Source: Candidatus Latescibacterota bacterium (GTDB taxonomy: Bacteria; Latescibacterota; UBA2968; UBA8231). Taken from it: a stretch of 64,000 nt of DNA. Shown here piece after piece: positions 21,461-31,586 of this stretch. The stretch spans positions 670,631-734,630 of the forward strand of contig CBDCNM010000001.1 in NCBI GenBank assembly GCA_965219385.1, in the 5' to 3' direction. The notes beneath the pieces are model-generated. The model was not told where the DNA came from. It worked only from the letters and a program-made list of their open reading frames with translations, and ran no database searches. The position numbers and the translations under genes were made by a program. Within the stretch, counting starts at the first letter, position 1. Each line of letters opens with the position of its first letter.

Positions 21461-22521
21461 GCTTTTTGCAATTGAGTGGTTTAACCAAGACCTTCGCGGA
21501 TGGAACCAAGGCGGTCAAAGGGATTGATCTAACCTGCGCTGAAGGTGAGTTTGTAGTGCTCCTGGGGCCGTCTGGATGCGGCAAAACCACGACCCTGCGA
21601 ATGATCGCTGGTCTGGAAGGGCCCACAGGAGGACGGATCAGGGTCGCCGAGGCAGACATAACCGACCTGCCGCCCGCAGGGCGCGATGTGGGTTTTGTAT
21701 TCCAGTTCTACGCGCTTTATCCCCACATGAGGGTGCGGGACAATATCGCCTTTCCACTGCAGAGCGTGGGAATGCCCCGCGCCGCGCGCAAAAAGCAGGT
21801 AGAGGAGACGATCCAGCGGCTGGGATTGGGCTCTCTGGCCGGGCTTTACCCGGATCAGCTGAGTGGGGGCGATCAGCAGCGGGTGGCCCTGGCGCGGGCC
21901 CTGGTGCGGTGCCCCCGGCTCTATTTGATGGACGAACCCCTGGGCACCCTGGACGCGGATTTGCGTCTGGAGATGCGGGAGCTGATCCGGGCGCAGCAGC
22001 TGGAGATGGGCATCACCACCATCTATGTGACCCACGATCAGGAAGAGGCCATGAGTCTGGCGGACAGGGTGGTGGTCATGGAAGGGGGGCTGATCCGCCA
22101 GCAGGGTCCCCCGGCCGAGGTCTACGACCGGCCGGCCGATTTGTTTGTGGCGCACTTCGTGGGCAGCCCGGGGATGAATTTCATCGAGGGAGAGGTGCAG
22201 GCAAACGGGGGGAAAGCCTCTTTTGTCGAACAGGGAGGACATTTGAATTTGCCCCTGGGACGCCAGGTGCACCCCGGAAAGGCCACCCTGGGGGTACGGC
22301 CCGAATTCGTGCGCCCGGATGGGGAGGGCTCCTTTGCCGGCCGGGTGCTCATGGACGAGTACCTGGGGGATTGCCGCAACATCCACCTGGACACCGAGTG
22401 GGGCCGCCTGGTGATGCGAGCCGGACCTGTAGAAAAGCAGGACGAGGGGTCGGTGATTCCTCTGAGTTTTGATGTCGGCCATGTACGGGTATTTGATGGT
22501 GAAAGCGGGATGAGCCTGTAA
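21457..22521 (+). CDS. Sugar ABC transporter ATP-binding protein (MalK-like)
   Basis: GPSGCGKTT Walker A, LSGGDQQR signature, LMDEP Walker B. Confidence 0.94.
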   Translation: MSFLQLSGLTKTFADGTKAVKGIDLTCAEGEFVVLLGPSGCGKTTTLRMIAGLEGPTGGRIRVAEADITDLPPAGRDVGFVFQFYALYPHMRVRDNIAFPLQSVGMPRAARKKQVEETIQRLGLGSLAGLYPDQLSGGDQQRVALARALVRCPRLYLMDEPLGTLDADLRLEMRELIRAQQLEMGITTIYVTHDQEEAMSLADRVVVMEGGLIRQQGPPAEVYDRPADLFVAHFVGSPGMNFIEGEVQANGGKASFVEQGGHLNLPLGRQVHPGKATLGVRPEFVRPDGEGSFAGRVLMDEYLGDCRNIHLDTEWGRLVMRAGPVEKQDEGSVIPLSFDVGHVRVFDGESGMSL

Positions 22522-22522
22522 T

Positions 22523-23560
22523 ATGGCGGGTTTTCTCGAACTCGAAGGGGTGACCAAGCGCTTTGGCTCTGTTGAGGCTTTGCGATCCATTACCCTCGAC
22601 TTGCAGGTGGATGAGTTACTGGTGGTGCTGGGACCTACGGGAGCGGGCAAGACCACCTTGTTGAGAATCCTTGCCGGGCTTGAGATCCCGGATCAGGGCC
22701 GGATTGAAATGGCGGGTCAGAGCATCGCGGATCTGTCTCCGGCAGGGCGCGACGTGGCCCTGGTCTTTCAGAACTTTTCTCTCTACCCGGACTGGAGTGT
22801 ACGGCGGAACCTGGCCTTTCCCCTGCAGGCGTCCGGCAGGCGGCTGCAGGGGAGGGAGCTTCAGGAGCGGGTTGAATGGGCGGCGTCTTTGTTGCGGATT
22901 GGCTATCTTCTGGAGCGCCGGGCCGCCCGGTTGTCGGGCGGCGAAATGCAGCGGGTGGCCATCGGCCGGGCCCTGGTGCGGCGCCCCCGGCTTTTTCTGC
23001 TGGACGAGCCGCTGACCAACCTGGATGCGAAGTTGCGCGAGGCCCTGCGGGTGGAGCTGGTGGTGCTGCGCCGGGAACTGGGCATCCCCATGATCTACGT
23101 GACCCACGACCAGGCCGAAGCCCTGTCCATGGGAAACAGGATCGTGGTCCTGGGGCAGGGGCGGATCCTGCAGGTGGGGCGTCCAGAGGAGATCTACCAG
23201 CGGCCAGTATCTCCGCTGGTGGCGCGGCAGTTGGGACAGCCGGCCATCAATGTGTGGAAGGTGCGCCGGGTGGACGGATACTGGACCACCGAACAGGGCA
23301 TTCAGGTTATGCCGGCCATGGAAGGCCCCCCGGAGATGCTGCTGGGTGTACGGCCGGAGGATATCGCTCCCGTGGGGGGGAGGCAGCCCGGACAGGTCCG
23401 GGTGGTGGAAGACACCGGGCCGGCCACGATTCTGCTGGTGGATTGGTCCGGGAAAGAGATACACCTGCTGGTGGAGAAGGGGCTATCCTTCCGGCCGGGA
23501 GACCAGATCTGGCCGCGAATCGACCCGGCGCGCGCGGTGCTGTGGGAACGGGAGGAGTGA
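22523..23560 (+). CDS. Sugar ABC transporter ATP-binding protein (MalK-like)
   Basis: GPTGAGKTT, LSGGEMQR and LLDEP motifs. Confidence 0.94.
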   Translation: MAGFLELEGVTKRFGSVEALRSITLDLQVDELLVVLGPTGAGKTTLLRILAGLEIPDQGRIEMAGQSIADLSPAGRDVALVFQNFSLYPDWSVRRNLAFPLQASGRRLQGRELQERVEWAASLLRIGYLLERRAARLSGGEMQRVAIGRALVRRPRLFLLDEPLTNLDAKLREALRVELVVLRRELGIPMIYVTHDQAEALSMGNRIVVLGQGRILQVGRPEEIYQRPVSPLVARQLGQPAINVWKVRRVDGYWTTEQGIQVMPAMEGPPEMLLGVRPEDIAPVGGRQPGQVRVVEDTGPATILLVDWSGKEIHLLVEKGLSFRPGDQIWPRIDPARAVLWEREE

Positions 23561-23665
23561 CGTGAATCCATTGAAGTCTGAAATTAGAAGCCGAGTGGAA
23601 TTTCCGGTGAGCCCCAAGCGCGGTTGCCAGCCGGGTTTTGCAGACGGCTTCCGAGGAGTACTGGT

Positions 23666-24922
23666 ATGAAACGCGAAGTGGATGTCCTGGTCATTGGAGG
23701 GGGATCGGTGGGCATAAATTCCGCCTACTACCTGGCGCAACAGGGGCGCAAGGTCGAGGTGGTTGATAAAGGGGAGGTGTGTTCGGGGTGTTCGCATGGC
23801 AATGGCGGCCTGGTAGTACCCAGCCACAGCGTGCCCCTGGCCGCCCCGGGGGTGATGCTCCAGGGAATCAAGTGGATGTTCAATCCGGAGAGTCCCTTTT
23901 ATATCAAACCCCGTCTCGATCGCGCGCTGTTTTCCTGGCTGTGGAAGTTTCGCGGTGCCTGCAATACGGGCCAGATGCAGCGGGCCATGCCCGTCCTCCG
24001 CGATTTGAGCCTGGCCAGCGTGCGCCTGTTCGAGGAGCTGGACGCTCTGGAAGGGCTGGACTTCGATTTTGAACAGCGCGGGGTTTTGATGGTGTGTCCC
24101 AGCAAGAAAATCCTGGAAGAGGGCGAGAAAGAGGCCCATCACCTGCGGGAAGTCGGCCTCGAAGCGGAGGTCTTGAGCCCGGCGCGGATTCAGGAACTGG
24201 AGCCCGAGATCCAGATCAATGCCACCGGAGGGGTGTACTTCCCGCAGGATGCCCATCTCACCCCGGATCGCTTTGTCCGCGGCCTGGCCCGCCACGTCGA
24301 GGAGAAGGGGGTGAAAATCCATACCTCGACCGAAGTGCTGGGTTTTGAAAAAACCGGTAGCATGATATACAAGGTCCGCACCAGTCGGGGCGATTTTGCG
24401 CCCGGGGAGGTGGTTCTGGCCGGTGGTTCGTGGTCGCCCGGCATTGCCGGCGACCTGCAACTCAAGCTCCCCATTCAGCCGGCCAAAGGCTACAGCATTA
24501 CCTACCAGCGGCCGGAGAAGTGTCCGCGCACCCCCCTCATGCTGGCCGGAGCCAGGTGCGGGGTAACGCCCATGGGCGACAAACTCCGCTTCGCCGGTAC
24601 CCTCGAGCTGGCCGGTCTGGATTTTTCGATCAACCAGCGCCGCGTTCAGGCCATTCTCAAGGCCGTGCCTCGTTACCTGCCCGATTTGGACCCGGCCCAA
24701 CTCGAACTGGTTGAAATATGGCGCGGGTTGCGGCCCTGCACCCCGGATGGTCTGCCCTTCATCGGCCGTCCCAGGACCTACCAAAACTTGACGATTGCTG
24801 CCGGACACGCCATGATAGGATTGTCGTTGGGGCCCATCACGGGCAAGCTGGTCTCCCAGCTGGTCACCAGGGAAGAGCCGGAGATGGATCTGAGCGTACT
24901 GGCAGTGGAGCGCTTTGAGTGA
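23666..24922 (+). CDS. FAD-dependent D-amino acid dehydrogenase-like oxidoreductase
   Basis: VIGGGSVG FAD motif, SHGNGG, PAKGYS, WRGLRPCTPDGLP, AAGHAMIG. Confidence 0.9.
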   Translation: MKREVDVLVIGGGSVGINSAYYLAQQGRKVEVVDKGEVCSGCSHGNGGLVVPSHSVPLAAPGVMLQGIKWMFNPESPFYIKPRLDRALFSWLWKFRGACNTGQMQRAMPVLRDLSLASVRLFEELDALEGLDFDFEQRGVLMVCPSKKILEEGEKEAHHLREVGLEAEVLSPARIQELEPEIQINATGGVYFPQDAHLTPDRFVRGLARHVEEKGVKIHTSTEVLGFEKTGSMIYKVRTSRGDFAPGEVVLAGGSWSPGIAGDLQLKLPIQPAKGYSITYQRPEKCPRTPLMLAGARCGVTPMGDKLRFAGTLELAGLDFSINQRRVQAILKAVPRYLPDLDPAQLELVEIWRGLRPCTPDGLPFIGRPRTYQNLTIAAGHAMIGLSLGPITGKLVSQLVTREEPEMDLSVLAVERFE

Positions 24923-24935
24923 CTGGAGAAAGTGA

Positions 24936-25031
24936 ATGAAGCGGCTGTTGATGATAAGCGGAGGACGGGCCCACCCCTTTCAGAGTTGTGCCCGGATTTT
25001 CAAACAAGCCTTGCAAGCCTTTATTATTTAA
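24936..25031 (+). pseudogene. 31-codon stub resembling the N-terminus of a ThuA-like protein
   Basis: GGAG RBS then MKRLLMISGGRAHPF..., ending where it meets the convergent RNB gene stop. Confidence 0.3.
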
Positions 25032-26839
25032 TCCTCGATCTGGAAGTGAGGTTCCAGGTGCGGCAGGTCGATCCCGTTCAGGATCAGAGATAGGCTAGTA
25101 TTCAAGGGCAGGTCGGTGCGCAGGTGGACCTGGCTCTCCAGCCCCAGGTCCTCGATCAGCGCGGTGCCGCGGAGATCGCGTTTGTCCACCAGGATTCCCC
25201 TGCCGCGCCAGTCGGGGTGTTCCATGAGGTAGGCCAGGGTCCAGTGTCTGGTGCTCAGCCTTTCGGCCTGGCGCACGCTGCCGCTAATGGCCTCGGCTGT
25301 GCCCACCCGCTCCAGCACTTCCTGGGCGCTCAGGAGGTCCCGACCCAGTATATGAGCCCGCAACTGCTGGTGTGTCACCAGGTCCAGGTAGCGCCGCAGG
25401 GGGCTGGTAGCCTGGGTGTAGACTTCCAGGCCCAGACCGGCGTGGGGAGCAGGGACACTGCGGAGTTGGCTGCGCTTGAGGGTGCGACGAAGCGCCAGCA
25501 TACCGGCCAGACCCTCAGGGGCATGGATTTCCCGAGGTGGATCCTGGGTGGAAAAGGGGACGGGGATATTGTGCTCCAGGGCAAAGCGGGCGATGGTTTC
25601 CCCGGCCCCAAGCATGGCTTCGGTGACCAAGTCCCGGCTCCGGAGGGGCGGTAGCGGCACGATGTTCACCTGGCGGTTTTCAACCCGAACCCGGAATTCG
25701 GGCCATTCGATGAAAACCGCATCATTGGCCCAGCGCTCCCCCTGCATGGTCTGCGCTAGAAGGTAAAGGCTGTGGAAGGGCTCTTCCTCGAGCCGGGCCT
25801 CGGCTTCTGCATAGGTCAGGCGTTGTACCTGGACCCAACTTGGGACAATTTCCAGGCCCGAGGCTTTATCCTCCCCATCCAGATCCAGGCCAAAGGAGAG
25901 CGCCGGCGACACCGCGGATAGGCCCAAACCCAGGGTCTGGGTGGCCTGGGGAGGGAGCATGGGCACCGTGCCCTCCGGCAGGTAGAGGTTGGCCCCGCGG
26001 GAGCGGGCTTCGAGATCAGCGGGGCTGTCTGGAGATACCAGAGCGGCTACATCGGCAATGTGGACCCAGAGGCGGTCCTGGTCCAGACTCAGGGCATCGT
26101 CCGGATCCCGAACGCCCTCGTCGTCGATTGCAAAGGCCGGAAGATGGGTGAGATCCACCCGTTTCTCCGTAGGTAGTGAGGGCAATTCTATGATGGGCGG
26201 GGAGGAGGCAAGGGCAAGACGTCGGGAATAGGGTACCACCGTGTGGTCCCAGTACCCCAGTTCGAGCAACAGAGCATGGGCGTTTTCCGGACTTTCAGAA
26301 CGGCCCAATTCGCGCAGTACCCGGCTCCTGGTTTGTCGTCCGAGGGCTTGCTGTTCGACCTGGGTGAGAAAGGGGCGGTCTTCGGGGGCTATCCGACCGC
26401 CGCGGAGACGTCGGATGAAGTCCTTCCAGGCCTGCTGCTCGGCCTGCTGCGCGGCCCGGTGCTGCTGTTCCCGCTTTACCTCCTCGGAGGTGCGGACTGC
26501 AAGCTGCTCGGGCGAGCCGCAAAAGTAGAGACCGTCGGCCACCAGCTGCCAGGTGGCCCAGGCCGTGGAGGGGGTATAGGCACCGTGGATCAACTCGGCC
26601 ACTTCGACCAGGCAGGTGGTGCTGCCGGCCAGGAGTTCCCAGGCCGTCTCGGTCTCGCCGGTTTGCGGTCGGAGATCGGCCAGGCTTTGCAGGGGACCTG
26701 GATGCAACAGCACGACGTCTTTGGGACGCACCTTGCGGTTGGGGCTCGCCTCCACCTCGATTTCCAGCTTGTCCCCGGCGACCACGACGCGGGCAGGCCG
26801 GCTCTTGTAGAGCACCAGGCTGTTTCGCGGGATTGTCAT
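25028..26839 (-). CDS. RNB-domain 3'-5' exoribonuclease (RNase II/R family, short form)
   Basis: AIDDEGVRDPDDALS catalytic motif, VHIADV, YTQATSPLRRYLDL. Confidence 0.92.
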   Translation of the reverse strand: MTIPRNSLVLYKSRPARVVVAGDKLEIEVEASPNRKVRPKDVVLLHPGPLQSLADLRPQTGETETAWELLAGSTTCLVEVAELIHGAYTPSTAWATWQLVADGLYFCGSPEQLAVRTSEEVKREQQHRAAQQAEQQAWKDFIRRLRGGRIAPEDRPFLTQVEQQALGRQTRSRVLRELGRSESPENAHALLLELGYWDHTVVPYSRRLALASSPPIIELPSLPTEKRVDLTHLPAFAIDDEGVRDPDDALSLDQDRLWVHIADVAALVSPDSPADLEARSRGANLYLPEGTVPMLPPQATQTLGLGLSAVSPALSFGLDLDGEDKASGLEIVPSWVQVQRLTYAEAEARLEEEPFHSLYLLAQTMQGERWANDAVFIEWPEFRVRVENRQVNIVPLPPLRSRDLVTEAMLGAGETIARFALEHNIPVPFSTQDPPREIHAPEGLAGMLALRRTLKRSQLRSVPAPHAGLGLEVYTQATSPLRRYLDLVTHQQLRAHILGRDLLSAQEVLERVGTAEAISGSVRQAERLSTRHWTLAYLMEHPDWRGRGILVDKRDLRGTALIEDLGLESQVHLRTDLPLNTSLSLILNGIDLPHLEPHFQIED

Positions 26840-26992
26840 ATGGGTACTAACTTAGCTCAGCTGGCAGGAAGCGACAAGATGGGACTCGCGCAGAGGACCA
26901 AACTGGCTTATTATTGCTGTGCCGGAACTTTAGATGGTCTCTTTTATGAAATGGTTGGGCAACAGCGTTATTTGAGCGGAGATGCCTGAGCA

Positions 26993-27253
26993 ATGGATGA
27001 TCGCGCAGGAGGGGAACCCCCTTTTAAAGGGCTAGTAAGGGAACCCAGGAAGGTGCGCTGGGTATGGCTGGTTTACGCCCTTCTCTACGCCGTGGCCATA
27101 CCCTGGTACTGGCCGGCGAATTTTCACGGTCCCCTGGTCGGCGGTTTCCCCCTGTGGGTTGCCGTGAGCCTGGCCAGTGTTGTGCTGCTGGCCGTCTGGA
27201 CTGCCTGGGTAATCTTGCGCTACTGGAAGGATGAAGAAGGGGGCAAAGGTTGA
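26993..27253 (+). CDS. Small membrane protein accompanying an SSS symporter (DUF997/DUF3311-like)
   Basis: Two TMs, IPWYW and GFPLW, stop overlaps the symporter start. Confidence 0.75.
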   Translation: MDDRAGGEPPFKGLVREPRKVRWVWLVYALLYAVAIPWYWPANFHGPLVGGFPLWVAVSLASVVLLAVWTAWVILRYWKDEEGGKG

Positions 27254-28719
27254 TGGATGTCGGCGGGACTCAGCTGGTATTCGGGCAAGGCGCCCTGATT
27301 GCGGTGGGGCTTTACCTGCTCTCCATGATCGGCATCGGCTGGATCGGGCGCCGGAAACGGCAGGACGATAGTCTGGCCGATTTCTACCTGGCCGGGCGTT
27401 CCATGGGGCTGGTGGTGCTCTTCCTCACCCTCTACGCCACCCAGTACAGCGGCAACACCCTTTTCGGCTACACCGGCAAGACCTACTGGATCGGTTTTGC
27501 CTGGACCGTTTCGGTCCTGTTCATGTTTTCGATCATCCCCGGGTACCTGCTCTTTGCGCCCCGACTGGTGGCCCTGGCCCGCAAACAGAATTTCATCACT
27601 CCCGGGGACTATATCTCCCATCGCTTCAAATCGGGTTTCCTCACCTTGCTCTGCACCCTCTTGATGATCTACGCGCTGGGCAATTACACGCTGGCCCAGC
27701 TCAAGGCCATGGGCGCGGCGGTGGAAGGCTTGACCGACGGGGCAGTGCCCTCGGCCTACGGGATCATCGCACTGGCCATCATCATGGTGATATACGAGAC
27801 CCTGGGCGGGATGCGGAGCGTGGCCTGGACCGACGTGATCCAGGGGGGGGTGCTGTTGACCGGGTTCGCCGTGCTCTTGTTTTTAATCCCTGGATTGGGA
27901 GGTGGGTTCACGGCCGTGGTGGAAAAGATAGGCCAACTCGACCCGTCCAAGGTGGAGGTGCCGTCTTGGGAGGGGTGCAACACCTGGATCAGCTATGTTC
28001 TTTTGCTGGGGTGCGGGGCCGCCATCTACCCGCAGGCCATCCAGCGGCTCTACGCCAGCCGTTCCCTGCAGGTCCTCAAGCGCTCCCTGGCTCTGATGGC
28101 CTTCATGCCGCTGACCACTACTCTGATCGCTCTGATCTGCGGTTTGACCGCCTTTGTGGTACTGCCCGGCCTCGATCGAGGAGAGACCGATCAGGTCCTG
28201 GCGCGTCTGTGTGCCCTGATCATGAGCGGGTCGCCCCTGGGCTACTGGCTGGTGGTGATGATCTTCGCCGCCATACTGGCGGCCTTGATGTCCACGGCGG
28301 ACTCGGCTCTGCTGTCCATCTCGTCCATGATCACCCGCGATATTTATCAGCCTTACTTCAAACCCCACAGCAAGGAAGCCGAGTTGACCCGGGTGGGAAA
28401 GTTGAGTTCGTGGGTCATTATCGCGGTTCTGGTGGTGATTGCCATCGGCACGGAAAAGACCCTGATCCGGCTGCTGGAACTGAAGTTCGAGATTCTGATT
28501 CAGATCGTCCCGTGTTTTTTTCTGGGCCTTTATTGGCAGCGCCTTTCAAGCCGGAGCGTGCTGCTGGGAATGCTGGCGGGGCTGGTGGTGGCCCTGGGGT
28601 TGTGGGGGGCGGGACATGCCCGAATCTGGGGTTTCCACGCCGGGGTGATCGGCCTGGCTGCCAACCTGCTGTGCTGCCTTGTCGGGACCTGGCTGACCCC
28701 GGCCAGAGAGACCCCCTAA
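27253..28719 (+). CDS. Sodium:solute symporter (PanF/PutP-like)
   Basis: DFYLAGRS, ATQYSGNT, GGMRSVAWTD and AALMSTADS motifs; many TMs. Confidence 0.92.
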   Translation: MDVGGTQLVFGQGALIAVGLYLLSMIGIGWIGRRKRQDDSLADFYLAGRSMGLVVLFLTLYATQYSGNTLFGYTGKTYWIGFAWTVSVLFMFSIIPGYLLFAPRLVALARKQNFITPGDYISHRFKSGFLTLLCTLLMIYALGNYTLAQLKAMGAAVEGLTDGAVPSAYGIIALAIIMVIYETLGGMRSVAWTDVIQGGVLLTGFAVLLFLIPGLGGGFTAVVEKIGQLDPSKVEVPSWEGCNTWISYVLLLGCGAAIYPQAIQRLYASRSLQVLKRSLALMAFMPLTTTLIALICGLTAFVVLPGLDRGETDQVLARLCALIMSGSPLGYWLVVMIFAAILAALMSTADSALLSISSMITRDIYQPYFKPHSKEAELTRVGKLSSWVIIAVLVVIAIGTEKTLIRLLELKFEILIQIVPCFFLGLYWQRLSSRSVLLGMLAGLVVALGLWGAGHARIWGFHAGVIGLAANLLCCLVGTWLTPARETP

Positions 28720-28735
28720 GGAGAAAGGAAAAACC

Positions 28736-29800
28736 ATGCGCAAAGCCTCGAAGGCCTTCCTCCAGGCCCTCTTGAGTGCCCCGAGCCCCTCGGGCTACGA
28801 AGGTCCTGTGAGGAAGGTCTGGAAAGCGGAAATGGAGCATTGCGCCAACGAGGTCACGGTGGATGTCCATGGCAATGCCATTGCGGTGCACAATCCCGGT
28901 GGAACGCCGCGGATCATGCTGGCCGGCCACATGGATGAACTCGGCTTTCAGATCGTCCACGTAGCCGAGAGCGGCTACCTCTATTTCGACACCATCGGGG
29001 GATTCGACCAGGGTACGATATCCGGCCGCAAGGTGCGGATTCACACTGAGAAGGGACCAGTACTGGGGGTGATCGGCAAAAAGCCGATCCATTTGATGAG
29101 TCCGGAGGAGCGCCGCAAGGTGCCCGAAAAACAGGATATGTGGATCGATATCGGCGTCCGGGACGACAAGGAAGCCCGGAAGCTGGTGGCCATCGGGGAT
29201 CCGGTCACCTACGACCCGAACTTTGAAATGCTGCGCCGCAGCCTGGCCACTTCCCGGGGATTCGACAACAAGATGGGGGCCTATATCGTGGCCGAGACCC
29301 TGCGCAGTGTGAGCCGCTCGAGCAAGAAGCTCAGGGCCGCCCTCTTCGCGGTGGCCACGGTGCAGGAAGAGGTCGGTCTGCGCGGCGCTACCACCAGTAC
29401 CTACGGCATCGATCCGCTGGTGGGTATTGCCCTGGACGTCACCTTTGCAACCGATCATCCGGGCATGGACAAGCGCAAGGTCGGAGAAATCAAAATCGGC
29501 AGGGGACCGGTGCTGACCCGGGGCGCCAATGTCAACCCCGTGGTTTTTGCCCGGCTGGTCGAGGTCGCCGAGAAAAAGAAGATCCCCTATCAGGTGGACG
29601 CTGCCTCCGGGGGGACCGGCACCGATGCCAATGCCATGCAGCTGAGCCGTGCCGGCGTGGCCACTGGTCTGGTCAGCGTGCCCCAGCGCTACATGCATAC
29701 CCCGGTGGAGGTGCTGTCCCTGGAGGACCTGGACCACACCGTGAAGTTGTTGAGCGAGTTTGTCCTGTCGGTGGACCAGAAGACGAGTTTTATACCTTAG
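28736..29800 (+). CDS. M42 family metallopeptidase
   Basis: AGHMDELG, FDNK, QEEVGLRGA, GTDA and YMHTP motifs. Confidence 0.93.
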   Translation: MRKASKAFLQALLSAPSPSGYEGPVRKVWKAEMEHCANEVTVDVHGNAIAVHNPGGTPRIMLAGHMDELGFQIVHVAESGYLYFDTIGGFDQGTISGRKVRIHTEKGPVLGVIGKKPIHLMSPEERRKVPEKQDMWIDIGVRDDKEARKLVAIGDPVTYDPNFEMLRRSLATSRGFDNKMGAYIVAETLRSVSRSSKKLRAALFAVATVQEEVGLRGATTSTYGIDPLVGIALDVTFATDHPGMDKRKVGEIKIGRGPVLTRGANVNPVVFARLVEVAEKKKIPYQVDAASGGTGTDANAMQLSRAGVATGLVSVPQRYMHTPVEVLSLEDLDHTVKLLSEFVLSVDQKTSFIP

Positions 29801-29842
29801 AAGCCGTCTGCGAGCAGGCGTAGCAGCATCAAAGGTTTGTCT

Positions 29843-31558
29843 ATGTACCGCGCATCTCTGAACACCTGGATCAGGGCTTTCGAGGAGGGCCTTTTGCGCG
29901 ACCAGCTGGAGCACTATTACAGCCAGAAGGACGTGGCGCGCTGGCAGGCCCGCTACCTGAAAGCCCTGCAGGCCTTTGCCGCACACTATGGGCGTGGAGG
30001 AGAGGTGGTAATCGCCCGCTGTCCCGGACAGATGAACATCATGGGCATGCACATCGACTACGGCGGCATGCCGTCAATTCGGCTGTCGGTGCGAGGAGCC
30101 GATACCCTCACCATTGCCAGAGCAACTCAGAACAGTCGGGTGCGGATTCGCAGTATCCTCGAGGTGGCGGGAGAACCGGCGGATAAATTCGCGCCGCTGG
30201 AGTTCGATCTGGAGGACGTGGTCCCGGCGGAAAACGTGGGCACCTGCCAGGCCCTGATGGACTATGCCGGCAAGGTGTGCAGCCAGCGCAAGGCGCAGAC
30301 CGGGAGCGCCCTGAGCGCGGACTGGGGTATCATGCCGCAGGGGCAGCTGATTTTTCTGGAGAGTTATTTCCGTCAGCGCAAGAAGATCCTGGAATTCGAT
30401 GCCCTGGTTTGGAGCAATGTGCCGCCGAGCGGCGGAATGAGTTCGTCCTCTGCCCTGGTGATCTCCACGGCTTATGCCGCTATGGGCGTGCAGGGCCTGC
30501 TGCCTGGACAGGATATGCCCGAGGAGGATCTGGTGGACGGCATCGGCACCTCGGAGTGGATTCGGGGCACCCGGGGGGGCACTGGGGATCACGGGGGCAT
30601 GATTCTGGGCCGGGTGGGCAAACTGGTCAGTGTAGGGGTATTCCCGGCCCGGGCCCATGGTCGGGTCCCTCTGCCGGCTGAATACGTGGCTTTGATTCTC
30701 GACAGCAAGGTGCCGCGGATTTACGACGAGGCGGTAAAGGAGGAGACGGTAATCGCCTACCCCCTGGGCACGTTTATGATCCGCGATCTACTCCTGCCGC
30801 AGCTTGAGGGAACCGTGGATTTTGAGCACCTGGTGGCCGATTTCAGGGAGCGCATTCTCTTTATCCGGGACATCAGCGTTGCGAACCTGGGCCTTGGCCT
30901 GCCCGGGATCTATCGGTTGCTGCGGGAGTTGCCCCCTGTGATCACCTTGAAAGAGCTGGAGGACCGAGCCTGGAAAGCCGGAGCCGGCGAGGCCTATGAG
31001 GCCATGTATAGACGGGATATCGGGGAAAAGTTCCAGCGGATTACCCCGGACCATCCCATCTTTTTGCGCCGGCGTTTTGTCTTTGGCCTGGCCGAGCAGG
31101 ATCGGGTTGAGAAGATGCTGGAGTACATGAAGGCGGGGCGGATGGATACGGCCCTCGAACTGGTGCGGATATCCCACGATGGGGACCAGGATCGGGAGGT
31201 GGGGGAGGAGGAATTGGTGGACCGGCAGCAGGGAGCTCGTCAGGGCAGGGAGCGTGCCCACCTGTGCTTTTTGCCGGGGGGGTACGGGCGCATGACGCCG
31301 GAGTACGATCAGGTAGTGCGCACCATCAATGGATTCTTGGTCGAAGAGGGCGGCCTTGCCAGCGGGGCGCTACAGCGTCTGGGAGCCGGGTGGGGGGGGA
31401 ATGTAGGCGGGCTGGTCAGACGCGAGTTTGTCGTGGGCGAGAAACGCCCGGCCTTTAGCCGCCTGCTCGACGGGACCCTGGGGCTCCAGGCGGATCTGGA
31501 CGGGTGCATTGTCACGCCGGGCGAGGGCGCCTGTCTGCTCAGAGCGCCGGGAACCTGA
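29843..31558 (+). CDS. Divergent GHMP-family kinase (galactokinase-like fold)
   Basis: PGQMNIMGMHIDY (variant motif I), VPPSGGMSSSSA (motif II), GAGWGG (motif III). Confidence 0.78.
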   Translation: MYRASLNTWIRAFEEGLLRDQLEHYYSQKDVARWQARYLKALQAFAAHYGRGGEVVIARCPGQMNIMGMHIDYGGMPSIRLSVRGADTLTIARATQNSRVRIRSILEVAGEPADKFAPLEFDLEDVVPAENVGTCQALMDYAGKVCSQRKAQTGSALSADWGIMPQGQLIFLESYFRQRKKILEFDALVWSNVPPSGGMSSSSALVISTAYAAMGVQGLLPGQDMPEEDLVDGIGTSEWIRGTRGGTGDHGGMILGRVGKLVSVGVFPARAHGRVPLPAEYVALILDSKVPRIYDEAVKEETVIAYPLGTFMIRDLLLPQLEGTVDFEHLVADFRERILFIRDISVANLGLGLPGIYRLLRELPPVITLKELEDRAWKAGAGEAYEAMYRRDIGEKFQRITPDHPIFLRRRFVFGLAEQDRVEKMLEYMKAGRMDTALELVRISHDGDQDREVGEEELVDRQQGARQGRERAHLCFLPGGYGRMTPEYDQVVRTINGFLVEEGGLASGALQRLGAGWGGNVGGLVRREFVVGEKRPAFSRLLDGTLGLQADLDGCIVTPGEGACLLRAPGT

Positions 31559-31586
31559 TCAAGGCTATTTCCAGAGGGATTTGCAG

